Shown: one piece after another, positions 1-10,692 of the stretch
How positions within the stretch are numbered: the first letter of the stretch is position 1
Layout of the letters: each line of letters opens with the position of its first letter
From: Stramenopiles sp. TOSAG23-3
Taxonomy: Eukaryota
DNA: 48,420 bases
Assembly: GCA_900128585.1 (NCBI GenBank)
Contig: LT642165.1
Coordinates: 1-48,420, forward strand
Direction: 5' to 3'
Position numbers and translations under genes: made by a program
Notes under the pieces: generated by a model
Seen by the model: the letters and a program-made list of their open reading frames with translations, nothing else
The model's database searches: none
What the model was told of the DNA's origin: nothing

Positions 1-20
1 TGAAGATTGATTTTCCACTT

Positions 21-85
21 CAGGGCGTATTCGTATGTCTCTCCCAAGTTCTGGTCAAGATTCCAACTGGCAAGTAAACTGCGGC
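21..85 (+). repeat. Dispersed repeat family B, copy 1
   Basis: 28-85 matches the reverse complement of 33476-33533 at 57/58 nt; similarity extends to ~21 and ~33540. Confidence 0.9.
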
Positions 86-187
86 TTATTTTTTTTTGAG
101 GGGCTCGTTGTCTGTACCTTCTTTTTTTAAATCTTTTTTGAGCGTATTTAAAAACATGCACTAGAGATATAATTTGACGAAGCTAGA

Positions 188-224
188 TTTAATTACTTAA
201 AATAACAGCCAATTTTCTTGTTTT
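188..224 (-). repeat. Dispersed repeat family A (AAAACAAGAAAATTGGCTGTTATTTTAAGTAATTAAA)
   Basis: Reverse complement is the consensus seen at 44697-44733 and, with variants, at 14298, 14478, 14520 and 37364. Confidence 0.9.
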
Positions 225-266
225 ATAATTTGTTTTTCTAAACTTCCTTTTTCTTATCATATTTAT

Positions 267-329
267 AAACAAAAAATTGTCTGTTATTTTAGTAAAATTA
301 AAATTTATGTACTGCGAACTGAACTCTAC
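267..329 (+). repeat. Dispersed repeat family A, long degenerate copy ending CTGCGAACTGAACTCTA
   Basis: Aligns with 14520-14584, including the 17-nt CTGCGAACTGAACTCTA tail. Confidence 0.8.
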
Positions 330-358
330 TGGTGTGGTTTTAGTAATTAACCTTTTCC

Positions 359-1354
359 CTATTTTGATTCCATTTCTTCTTCTGGGACGTAGACGGTAGG
401 GTCTCCTGCCGTCGGTTTCCATTCCGAGGATTGCCAGTTATCGATCGTTTCGTCTGGAAAGAAATCCATGATTCGCTCTTTCCACATTTGTTCCGAGTTC
501 TCTGGCCAAACCAACCTTGATGTCCCACCCATGTCTGGTGGCAACTGTTCCTTGGGAACATAGTCGAAGAAATTTTCTGGGTAGCCAAGCATAAGAATTT
601 TTTTACGGGTCACAGGATCAAAGAACCACTTTACAATTTGCCAGATTCCTCGCAGCATAAAGCCGCACGGGTACAAGCAGGCACGTTCCAACGCTTCTGG
701 GTTATTGGCCGACAGAACACCCGCAACAGCTTTTAGCAGATCCGTGTCGAAGTTGGTCGATCGGTCGAAATCTTGACGATCGTACAATACCGTGAACCGG
801 CCATGCAAGCCATACGTGTTGGCGTGCTCCGTCATAATGGCGACAATCCCATCCAAGCAATTCTCCATGTTTCGTTTTGCGACAGGAAACCTCCCACTTT
901 TTAGGATAAGCAGAGGGCGGCCCTCAGCGTCCAGGCCTCCGTGCGGGATGCAGGCTCCTGCCTTGAAAAACGGGTCATTGACCCATGTACTTTTCTTTAT
1001 TGGGTAGGTTTTCGCGCGCCATTTCAAGTGCTCGTCCAACATGGTGAAAGAAGCATCGATGTCAAAATCTCTGGCTTTCAAAAACCGGTAGAGTGCCATA
1101 TCTTCGCCCGCAGCTGGCCATCGGTTCAATTGGTGGCTCGAAAGTTTGTTTTTCAGCTCAGGCAACTTGGCCAACTGTTCTTCTGTTAATTTTTTAAAGA
1201 TGTTTTCTTCATTTTTCTTCGCAGCCGCCTTAATGTCAACTCCTTCTTTGTCTGGACCGCTGTTAGCATCGGTTGCCAGGGAAGCCAGAATGAATTTACT
1301 AGAACCTATAGATATTGCGGAGAATAATACAGTGAATAGACGCTTGTTGCTCAT
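359..1354 (-). CDS. CRAL-TRIO (Sec14-like) lipid-binding protein
   Basis: LYRFLKARDFDID (CRAL_TRIO_N), DAEGRPLLIL, NPEAL...IWQIVKWFFDPVTRKKI, VPKEQLPPDMGG; first in-frame ATG at 1354. Confidence 0.9.
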   Translation of the reverse strand: MSNKRLFTVLFSAISIGSSKFILASLATDANSGPDKEGVDIKAAAKKNEENIFKKLTEEQLAKLPELKNKLSSHQLNRWPAAGEDMALYRFLKARDFDIDASFTMLDEHLKWRAKTYPIKKSTWVNDPFFKAGACIPHGGLDAEGRPLLILKSGRFPVAKRNMENCLDGIVAIMTEHANTYGLHGRFTVLYDRQDFDRSTNFDTDLLKAVAGVLSANNPEALERACLYPCGFMLRGIWQIVKWFFDPVTRKKILMLGYPENFFDYVPKEQLPPDMGGTSRLVWPENSEQMWKERIMDFFPDETIDNWQSSEWKPTAGDPTVYVPEEEMESK

Positions 1355-2471
1355 GCAACCTAGACAAACAGCTGTGTGCCAAAACGGCAACACCTCTGTG
1401 TACAAACTAAACCAATTAAGAACAAAACTACTTTGGTAGGTTTATACGATATTTAGCGTTCGTGTTATTCCAAGAAAAACCTTGTTGACTTTATCAATGC
1501 TAACTTCCATCTTTAATGTGCACACGTACTCTGATGATGACTACACGTTGATCCGTCATACTTTTTCTTATTAATTAATAATCAACAAAATGAACGGCAC
1601 CACCCACTAAAAAAATAATAATAATAAAAACAACCGGCGGTACTACGGCGGCGGCGGTTGGCTGATGAAGTTCTTTTTTAATGCTGTGCTTATATTAGTC
1701 GTCTAAATATATGTTGTTGGAAAGTCAACAAAAGATAGTTGTCTGTACAGTAGTAGTATTATCCTCGAATTTCGTTGTTATTTTTTTCTTTTTTATTACA
1801 GATTGGTTAAAAGGATGATTACTGTTCTTCTGCATTTTTCCTGTTCTGGTTCCTACGGTAATAATACCGGTACGTACCAGGTAATTTTATTACTGTTTGT
1901 AGTACCCGGTACGTATAATAGTCGTCTGTCAAAAATATTACTAGACTATTTATTAGTCTAGCTTATATAGTCTATAAAATGTAAAATAATAAAATAAAAT
2001 AACATTATTATTCTCATCCATCCATTTTTTTTAAAAAACAAATTATAAGAATGAAGAGACGACCTCGTATTGTACTATTATTATTATACGGTACGAACGG
2101 GTATAAATACCACCGGGTACGCACACGCTAATTTATTACATTATTTATAATAAGTTTTTTATGTGTATAATATCTTTTTTAACCGATTTGTTTTATAAGA
2201 AAATCATTCATCCATTTTAATTATCATCGTGGTAGTAAGTAGTATAAAAAGCATTATACAAATTTATACGAGTACTTGGTAATATAAAACTACACAATTG
2301 TAAGTTGTAAATCTAATAATAATGGTAAACTGTGCAGAACAAATAATGAAAGGCAACAACCGTGGAGAAAACACATTAAACTTGTTTTAAAGCAGTAATA
2401 AAAAGAAAAATGTACAACGTGTCCTGTGTGACGTCTGGTTGAAATGATTTCCCATCAAGGTTCAATGAAAG

Positions 2472-2495
2472 AACAGCCAAGTTTCTTGTTTTTAG
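2472..2495 (-). repeat. Dispersed repeat family A, partial copy
   Basis: Reverse complement CTAAAAACAAGAAACTTGGCTGTT, ~130 nt downstream of the msrA stop. Confidence 0.75.
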
Positions 2496-2626
2496 AAAGA
2501 ATACAATCTCAGTTGGTCGCGCAAAGGTTTGCACCCAACTGATTAAGCATAGGGTTTGTTGCAAGCGCGAAGACTCGATGTGGGCAACCCCGTCAGCCAT
2601 TGGCAACGATTAACTCCATTTCTCCT

Positions 2627-3292
2627 TCAGCCATAGCATCGGATGGCGGTTTTGTCGCCTTTCAAGCTGCACTGTCCGCCTTTTTTCAAGTACGACTGGT
2701 GGTACTCTTCTGCGACATAAAACTCAGAGGCCGGGACAATCTCTGTTACAATAGGGGAAACCAACCGGCCTTGCTCCTGTTTTAGGGATTCATGAATAAT
2801 TTTCTCTTGCTGGTCGGAATAATAATATATACCAGAACGGTACTGAGTACCAACGTCGTTTCCCTGTTGATTCAAAGTGGTGGGGTCGTGAATGTCCCAG
2901 AACAAGTCTAACAATTCCTTTAGCTGGACAACATCCCTATCAAACGCCACGTGAACCGCTTCAGTATGCCCCGTACTGCCACCGCACACCGCCTCGTACG
3001 TTGGATCCTTCGCATGACCGTTCGTGTACCCGACCGATGTTTCGCCCACGCCAGGCACACGTTGAAAAGCAAGTTCTATTCCCCAAAAACAGCCTGCCGC
3101 GAAAATGATCTTTTCATTATCTTGCAGGTCCCGGCCAAGGTCTTTCTCCCGTTCCGTGGCCTTATCTAATATATGCACATGTCGAGGACTGTATGTCTTT
3201 GTAGGAGGACCGCTAAAGAAGCTGGCTGTCATAGTCCTTGAGAGGTTTAAAAGTCGCCGCTTTGCAGAAACCGAGGCAGTCGACAAAAACAT
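2627..3292 (-). CDS. msrA: Peptide methionine sulfoxide reductase A with probable organellar transit peptide
   Basis: GCFWG active site (TGT Cys), TGHTEAV, HDPTTLNQQGNDVGTQYRSGIY, AEEYHQSYL, C-terminal IRCYG; Ser/Arg-rich N-terminus from ATG 3292. Confidence 0.97.
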   Translation of the reverse strand: MFLSTASVSAKRRLLNLSRTMTASFFSGPPTKTYSPRHVHILDKATEREKDLGRDLQDNEKIIFAAGCFWGIELAFQRVPGVGETSVGYTNGHAKDPTYEAVCGGSTGHTEAVHVAFDRDVVQLKELLDLFWDIHDPTTLNQQGNDVGTQYRSGIYYYSDQQEKIIHESLKQEQGRLVSPIVTEIVPASEFYVAEEYHQSYLKKGGQCSLKGDKTAIRCYG

Positions 3293-4224
3293 TGTGGTAC
3301 TACTTCTTAGAAAAAATGAAACAGTTGGCTGCGTTAGAGAACACCTCAAATAAGAATCTTCGAGAGGCAAAAGGAAGAAGGCGCAAGAATTTCCATCAGA
3401 AGACACTACAGTTTATCACCACAATTTAGTAAGATGTAAATTACCCATTTGTATTTCATTCATCACTGGAAAAGTGCAACAGGGGGTGGGGAGGGAGGAA
3501 GGAAAGTGACGGAATGTACTTACAGTTGTAGACTCACGCAAGAGTGCCCACGCACGTTCTTATTGGTATTTGTTTATGGCAGGCACTCACCGCTTCAGTC
3601 GAACTTTATACTCTTTCGCTGTCGTAAAAATGAACGTGAACTTTAGATTTGTATACGCTCTGCCTTCAGATTGTTTTAATTTTCCCTTTGACGTTGTTTT
3701 TTCCGTTGCCATCTATTCATGATTGCATTCATTGTACGGTTGAAGTGTGGGTACCGGTACCGGTAAAGGAACAGTATCTTTTTTCAATGACTATCAAACT
3801 GACTGACTGCGCAGTACGGGTTGGTTTTACCGAAGGAAGAACTGACTGTAGTACATAATATTCCACGATGATGATCGATATGTGAATAATAATTAATTGG
3901 CAATGATGTGTAGTTGTACATTCATTGTACAGGCACAGTACCAGGTACGGTACCGGGGGAACCGTAGTAGTATTAACAATAAAACCAGTACAGGTTCCTT
4001 CCGTGGACAACCATTAAAAATTCAAAGTTTTACTTGAAGCTGTAGTTCCGTTCCTTGTTGTGTCAATACCTGGTACGGTATAATACAGGTAAGGAACCTG
4101 GTACCAGGTATCAGTACGTACCGTACCGGTACCGTATTGAGACTGCACAATACGGATACAATCGAATCACAAGAAATTACTTCAAGGATTCTGATATTCT
4201 TATTCGGGTATCTTGTTTTACTAA

Positions 4225-7200
4225 TTACCCATACAGCCTCTCATGTTCGGCCTTTTCTCTGGCAGCAGCTTGTTCAGCTGCTCTTCGTTGCCCAATTTCA
4301 TGCAATTTTGCCTCCACTTCTGCCTTTTCAATCTCTGCTTGAAACATACGCGCCTTCCTTTCGGCCTCATTCTTTTCGCGCCGCTCCGCTTCTTTTTTTC
4401 TTCGCTGGATGGTATTTTTTCGGAATTCAACCTGAGACGACGCCCGAATGGTGACCTTCATGCTGCCGTCTTCTTCCCCGAGTACCTCGGGCATTGGCCT
4501 CGAATGCTTATCAAGCCCCAGGAGCCGTGCAACGGCATCATCGGACACAATATTGGCCCGGCGGGCTTCCTGCTCGGCAGCCATTCGCTGCGCCAACGTC
4601 ATACTACCGCGGGAACGGGGGCGGGACGATGCTTTGGACGACGGTCGCGAGTTGGCGCGAGAGACTGAGCGACTAGGGAGTTCATCTTCAGGAAATTCAG
4701 AAAACTGCAGCAGCCGTGAAAGGCGATTTTCTTGTTCCGCGGCTTCCATAGCATTTTTTCTGGCTTTTTGTTCCTCCTCTCGTAGTCGCGCCGAAACTGT
4801 CCGATCGGGGTCCCATAAATTCACGTGCGGGCCTGACACACTTTCATGGAGAAGCTTGAGAAGTAGTTTCTTCCGCTCTGCCAAATTCTCCGTATTGCTC
4901 GTCTTTGCTGTGAACAGCGAACTTCGGGATCCCCGCGAGATTGCTTTGCCGGCCGTACTAGAAAGGACGCTAGCTCTTGAGGGGGAGCGCATCCGTCTCA
5001 AATATGCCCTAGGATGCGGTAAGTTATCGGAAATCTTTACCGGGGAACTCTGGTACAAGTCTTCAAAGTAAGACTCCAATCTCGTCAACTTGTCGTCTTC
5101 ATAACCTAGAAACGCGTTGTCGTTCTTTACGTCGATGTCTTGCTGAATGAGTCTAACTTGGGTGCAGAATCCTTCCCCACCTTTTACTTCACCATTTTCA
5201 TACTCTCTCGTTTCCCCGTTGCGAAATTGCCGGGATTTCTTCAGCTGTTGCCGTGCATGGTGAAACGTTGCCTCGACTTTGAGCTGCTCTTTGTTGACAC
5301 CCTTTGTTTTTTGACCACCGGATATAAGGCGTATTTTAAACACACCACGACGATCCACCTCTCGTTCTTTGTCGTCCTCGTTCTTTGTTTTGTGCATGCC
5401 ACCTCGCAGTTTGTGGCTTTTCGGTGGAGATAGCGCAGAGTCTTCGTTGGTACCTGGTAATTGCCTAAGGATTATTTTTTCCCGATTCTTCTTCGATGGG
5501 TTTCCAGCTATGTAAAACCAGTCCTGCTCCAGATAAATTTCTGTGCCGGTAACCAACTCCTTGTTTTCATACCCTTCCTCATCACCATCGTGTCCCTTTT
5601 TGTGCATGTCCAATAGACCTTCGATGACCGCACGGGCTGCAAAGGAAGCCTTGTCCCTCCGTATAGACTCCTGGGCTGCAACCCGCATCGGCAACATCAC
5701 CCATCGACCTAGCGTCATCGCCGCCGCGTTCCTCTCCTTGTACAATTTCTCGTACAAGAGGTCCTTGTTGGAATACCACCCTGACGGATTCTCTTTGGAA
5801 ATGGGGCCAGGTATCCAAATCTCACTGTCTTTCTTAGCTACTTCCTTCATAACGCAAGGCAGCGGGACCGGAACGCCGACCTCCACAGTCTCCGTCGCTG
5901 GATTTCTAATAACAGATTTGGAGTCCAGGCCAATCGTGCAGAGCTGCGGAGCTTGCATGATTCTCGCCGCCACGCATGAGCCTTTTCTCCAGTTCGGTAT
6001 GCCGTTTCCAGTGCAGACGGACAACCATACGGGGTCACCATACCGTATCGGCTCTTGGTTACCAGGGTTCCTCATATCATACAGCATGAACAGCATCCGG
6101 CCGTTCTGGGCATCTGGGCCAGGGTGTGTCGCTAGCTGACGGATGCCATACTTCTCGACCCCCGGCCAATGGTGGGCAATCATCTTTCCCGTGTCCTCTT
6201 CCACGGTCAAAAACTTTCCATCACTCATCTGAAACGCGACTACGCTACCGTAAAATATTGTTGCGTTCTCGATAGATGTGAACTCCGGAAGCGAGGTTTT
6301 CGCCCTTTTCTTTGCTGCCGGTGTCCCTCGTGCCCCTTGCTGTTGCTCCATTTCTTTCTGCTTTGTCTTGACCAATCCCTCCCTCGCTTGGAATTTCCGG
6401 ACTTCTCGCACTGCGGTGTTCGGGGACATTGCCTGCCTTTGTCTATTCGAGCCGTCAACACCATGTTTCACCGCGCCAAAATAAGACCGGCGGCGCCCCG
6501 ATGGTTTTTTCATGGCACGGTACTGGGCGTCCGACATGGGCTCGTATTCTTTCTCTCCACCAGTTTCTACCCCTACCAAGCGTTGCGTATACCGCTTCTT
6601 CCTCTTTCGCCTTGATCCGTGCTCTGCGTCTATCTCTCTGCGTCCTGCCATTTCCGCCAGACCCTTCATTTGTGCATCCGACACTCTGTGCATACTCATA
6701 CGACGAGACAGCTTGTGATTCCTTCGTTCCACGCTTCCATGCTTGTTCTCTTTCTTTTTATGTTTCTCCAGTTGGGCCATGATTTCAATCTCACCGCGGG
6801 TGAGGGGACGAATAGCCGACTCGACCTTGCTCACTTCACCGTTTCCGTGCACCATAGAAAGCCCCGGGGTGGTCCCATGTTGTCTGCCGGCGCTGGCGTT
6901 GGAGCTCCGTCTCGATCCCTGGCTGTCCGATCGAGGTCGCCCAAATTGGTTTCCAGCAGATTGGGTTGACCCACCATCGTCTTCCCCCCAGCCCTCATCA
7001 ACCGAGAAGTCGTCCCCACGCGACGGGGGAGCCACCATGCCCGTAGGGACTGAGGACACTCGCCGAAGGCGTTGCCCACGCTGGACGCTGATCCGCCGTT
7101 CGTCTGCTCGAGATATGTGCTTCCACAAATCGTTCTCCCTTCGAAATGACCGTGGGTGTCTTCCCCGCTCTATTGCGGCATGGTAGCGTTCTGTATACAA

Positions 7201-7275
7201 CCTCCGTTCGTCCACCGCCTTCGCCAACGAGTCCAGTTCCTCCATATCGGACGCTCCATCGTCCACGGACCTCAT
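4225..7275 (-). CDS. Large uncharacterised protein with low-complexity/coiled-coil ends and a central beta-trefoil-like region
   Basis: ~1016-aa ORF flanked by AT-rich spacers; repeated I-x-Y-G-x-x-V-x-(F/L) motifs (IFYGSVVAF, IRYGDPVWL, LVTGTEIYL). Confidence 0.8.
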   Translation of the reverse strand: MRSVDDGASDMEELDSLAKAVDERRLYTERYHAAIERGRHPRSFRRENDLWKHISRADERRISVQRGQRLRRVSSVPTGMVAPPSRGDDFSVDEGWGEDDGGSTQSAGNQFGRPRSDSQGSRRSSNASAGRQHGTTPGLSMVHGNGEVSKVESAIRPLTRGEIEIMAQLEKHKKKENKHGSVERRNHKLSRRMSMHRVSDAQMKGLAEMAGRREIDAEHGSRRKRKKRYTQRLVGVETGGEKEYEPMSDAQYRAMKKPSGRRRSYFGAVKHGVDGSNRQRQAMSPNTAVREVRKFQAREGLVKTKQKEMEQQQGARGTPAAKKRAKTSLPEFTSIENATIFYGSVVAFQMSDGKFLTVEEDTGKMIAHHWPGVEKYGIRQLATHPGPDAQNGRMLFMLYDMRNPGNQEPIRYGDPVWLSVCTGNGIPNWRKGSCVAARIMQAPQLCTIGLDSKSVIRNPATETVEVGVPVPLPCVMKEVAKKDSEIWIPGPISKENPSGWYSNKDLLYEKLYKERNAAAMTLGRWVMLPMRVAAQESIRRDKASFAARAVIEGLLDMHKKGHDGDEEGYENKELVTGTEIYLEQDWFYIAGNPSKKNREKIILRQLPGTNEDSALSPPKSHKLRGGMHKTKNEDDKEREVDRRGVFKIRLISGGQKTKGVNKEQLKVEATFHHARQQLKKSRQFRNGETREYENGEVKGGEGFCTQVRLIQQDIDVKNDNAFLGYEDDKLTRLESYFEDLYQSSPVKISDNLPHPRAYLRRMRSPSRASVLSSTAGKAISRGSRSSLFTAKTSNTENLAERKKLLLKLLHESVSGPHVNLWDPDRTVSARLREEEQKARKNAMEAAEQENRLSRLLQFSEFPEDELPSRSVSRANSRPSSKASSRPRSRGSMTLAQRMAAEQEARRANIVSDDAVARLLGLDKHSRPMPEVLGEEDGSMKVTIRASSQVEFRKNTIQRRKKEAERREKNEAERKARMFQAEIEKAEVEAKLHEIGQRRAAEQAAAREKAEHERLYG

Positions 7276-8003
7276 CGTTCTAAAATCGCTTACTTTCTTG
7301 CTCCCTTTCCCAACGAAAAACAAAGATTAAATTAGTTTCGCTACGATGGCAAATTACTTAACTGCAATATTAAATTCATTAACGCTATTCCAAAAATGAT
7401 ACTCTATCGTAGAAATATTAAAATTAGTTGGTACGAAGTCTTCATCACAACAACAAACAAATTATTATTTTTTTTTATCATCATACCTTGGTGGTGGTAT
7501 AATAATAAATATATATAATACAGCAGTATTATTCTTCATCATATATTATTATTATATCATTCTTCATTCACATTCTTCATCATCACAACTACTACTGAGA
7601 AACCTCATCTAATACGTACTCTTTAGAATATTATCCTTAAGTTTTCATTATATTATAGTACTATTAGCTATATATAATGAGTATTCAATAAGGGAATTCA
7701 TTTTATTCTAGAAATGATTACTTTGTTCTTTATTGCTTTACTTTTTTCGTGATGAAAGAATACCCAATTTTAAGACTCTTTCCTCTTTTCTATCTGTTGG
7801 TGGTTTTCTTTCTTCCCTTTCGAATATAAACACAAGATTGAATAATTGTAACGGCAAAATCTATCTTACTACTACTCTACTACTACCACTACTACTTTCG
7901 AGGAATGTTTTAATAAAAAAATAAAAAATCTATAGCCCAAATCCAAGTGATAATAAATAAATGTCGCATTTTAAAATTATTTTTTTGGAAACCAGGAAAG
8001 AAA

Positions 8004-8044
8004 AAGGAAGGAAGGAAGGAAGGAAGGAAGGAAGGAAGGAAGGA
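8004..8044 (+). repeat. (GGAA)n microsatellite
   Basis: About 10 tandem AAGG units. Confidence 0.95.
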
Positions 8045-8677
8045 GAGACGTATATAATCAAAAATCAAAAATCAGAACACAACATCAACATCAACAAAGA
8101 CAACATCAGATGACATCATCAATCAACTAAGATTTTGGCGAGGAAGAAAGGAAGAAATATTGATTTAAGGCTGTTGAATTTTTGTGATTAACGTTCAATT
8201 CCATGATTTGATGCTGTTATCGATAATAACCTATGCTGTGATTATGTTCAAAATCAAGTAAAAAAAAATTTTACAAAAAAAAGAAAATAAAAAGTAGTTG
8301 GCCGTTTGTTTAGCGTGAATTCTACTGTATAAAAAATTATAAATATATTGAACAGAAAGAGCGTTATCGGACACAAGTCAGATCATATCCAATTTTATCC
8401 CCCTCTTCTCAAGCAATATGCTCAATTGGTGGCGAACGCCCATTTTTCTATTAACTGTGGATTTATTGCTGTAGTGAGATACACCTTCTTGGAGTTTCAA
8501 CGCGCGGAGGTGTTTTGGTTCTCTCGACACACTTGCCGTGGGTGTGCTGTATGCTTGGGTTAAACGAAAGGGGCTTCTTCTTTTGCTTATCTCGGCACGT
8601 TTGCCGTGTCTGGCACAAAACTTTTTGTGTCGCTGTATATACTTTTTAAGTGCGTGAGCATTTTCTCTTCAGGAACG

Positions 8678-10408
8678 ATGGATTTGACGTTCTTAGCAAA
8701 CCCAAAGTTCAAAGACATGGAAACGACCAGGTGTAAGAGCTGTGGCACTACCATGGCGTTTCCAACGAAAAGGTGTATGCTGGTGTACCGGTATTGCACT
8801 TACTGTGCCTTGGAGACCACAGTGGCAGACTATACGACCGAGTCAGACGAAGGCGTGTACATCCAGGCAAAAGCCGACGATCCAAATTCTGGTGGTGGCC
8901 GCATCAAGCGAAAGCGCCTTGTTATTCGAGCTGCGGCGTGGGGCCACCCTCGAGACGGGAGCAAGTCGTTTGACGTTACGGACGTCCTGCAGAGGATGGT
9001 TGACGAAGGGACTGGGGACAGCCTCGTGCTGAGCGCGAAAAAGATAGATCCATTGGAATTGTTTGGCGACCCCTACTCAAAAGGCCGAAAGGTGCTCAAC
9101 ATTCGTTGTCGTTATGGGGACCGGTACACGGAGTGGCAGGTCAGGCAAGGAAAGGGGAACCGATTGAAAAAATCATTGACCATCGAGCCACCATTTGACC
9201 CATGGCTGTTCATCCTGTACGCTACTTACGGCCATCGTTGTGACCCAAAATGCCAGTACAATGTTACGGAAAAATTACAAGCCCGAATAGACTCTCACGG
9301 CGGGCGTTACTTGGGAGTACCCATGGACGAGGACATAGCGAATTGGTTCGGAGATCCTTACCCAGGGGGGCGCAAGCAACTGATCATTAGTTACGAAATG
9401 GGGGGATGGTTGGGCGACATTACTATTCCAGAGGCACACGGCCATGTGCTCGAGCCCTTGACGATCGTCGCCCCAATGGTCACGCCACAGTTAAAGATCA
9501 ATTATGCTCGGTTCGGGATGCTCTGCCCTCCCAAAGAGCAGAGCCTACTTAAAGGGGCGCGGCCAAAGTTTGTCGAGAAAAATTCCATCGATAACGAGTC
9601 GCTGTGCAAGATCCTGCAGAAAATTGTGGACTACAACGAGGGCGAATGGTTTGAGGTTTCCCCTGAGGACAACATTATCGAGCTGATCGGTACGGACCCT
9701 TGCGAAGGAGTTGCGAAGACATTGTACATTGAATATACTCTCCGTGAACACGCCGGAAAGGTGCGCATAAATTGCAGCACCAAGGGGAACCTACAGAAGG
9801 GTATATCCATGAAATGTGGGATGTACAAGGAAGGGGGTGACAGGGCCAGGACGCTCAGCGGCAACAATCTGTTGGTAGCCCCGGGGGTTCGGCTGAAGAG
9901 CGCCGGCTTCGGGCACCCTTCCATGGAGCACGACAAAACGTTTGACATCACTGTAATGCTTCAGAGAAGGTTGGACGCGAACAAGGGCAAGGTACTGCAC
10001 ATTCCTCGCTCCGAAGACCTGTACAAAACGTTCGGCGACCCTTGCCGAGGAGTGTTCAAAAATTTGGTGATTCGTTACCAGATGCCAATGTGGATGCAGA
10101 CGCTTGAAGTGGAAGGAGTAGGCCGCACACTCGCCGCCACGCTGCGAATCGGCTGGCCCGGGGATATGACAGTATCGCCGCGATGCACCACAGTCCCGCT
10201 CAAGACAGCCGGGGGGCAGGGCTGGTCGACTAGATGGTCCGGAACGTTCGACAAAAATGCCTTGCATGCGTCCCGGCATGAGATCGAGATGGTGAAAAAG
10301 CGAAAGATTGAGGCAGCGCACCGTGCCTTGCAGCTCCAGCTCGCCATGAACCAGCGGAAAGAGAAGGAGGCACGGGACAGAAAGAAGGGTATGATAGGCG
10401 ATAAATGA
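8678..10408 (+). CDS. Protein with N-terminal CxxC...CxxC zinc ribbon and four SUEL-lectin/DUF3395-like repeats
   Basis: Four copies of A-x-(W/Y/F)G...DVT..LQ...D...FGDP..G..K.L.I.Y; CKSC...CTYC near the N-terminus; ATG at 8678. Confidence 0.8.
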   Translation: MDLTFLANPKFKDMETTRCKSCGTTMAFPTKRCMLVYRYCTYCALETTVADYTTESDEGVYIQAKADDPNSGGGRIKRKRLVIRAAAWGHPRDGSKSFDVTDVLQRMVDEGTGDSLVLSAKKIDPLELFGDPYSKGRKVLNIRCRYGDRYTEWQVRQGKGNRLKKSLTIEPPFDPWLFILYATYGHRCDPKCQYNVTEKLQARIDSHGGRYLGVPMDEDIANWFGDPYPGGRKQLIISYEMGGWLGDITIPEAHGHVLEPLTIVAPMVTPQLKINYARFGMLCPPKEQSLLKGARPKFVEKNSIDNESLCKILQKIVDYNEGEWFEVSPEDNIIELIGTDPCEGVAKTLYIEYTLREHAGKVRINCSTKGNLQKGISMKCGMYKEGGDRARTLSGNNLLVAPGVRLKSAGFGHPSMEHDKTFDITVMLQRRLDANKGKVLHIPRSEDLYKTFGDPCRGVFKNLVIRYQMPMWMQTLEVEGVGRTLAATLRIGWPGDMTVSPRCTTVPLKTAGGQGWSTRWSGTFDKNALHASRHEIEMVKKRKIEAAHRALQLQLAMNQRKEKEARDRKKGMIGDK

Positions 10409-10692
10409 GAAATACGGGCGTAAGATATGTGTGTTTTCACATATCATATGAAAAAAACAAATTATATAGTCTTCAATTCTAAAGAACTTTACACTTCGTA
10501 AGAATTAATTTAATGTTGATTCATTGTCACAAAAAGATGATTTTTTTTATTTGACGCGCCCAGTGTCAGCCGTACCAAGCACTTCCTGCACACGGTACCA
10601 AGATATCAAGATTGATTTAATCTCGTGTTCAGCTCATGTGCTGGTCATATGTCTTAACTTATATTTCGAATTATTCTTTTCGGTGCACAGTG

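Noticed and set aside
2500-2626. SECIS element / selenoprotein MsrA
   Set aside because: The catalytic codon is TGT and no AUGA-AA-GA SECIS geometry is visible.
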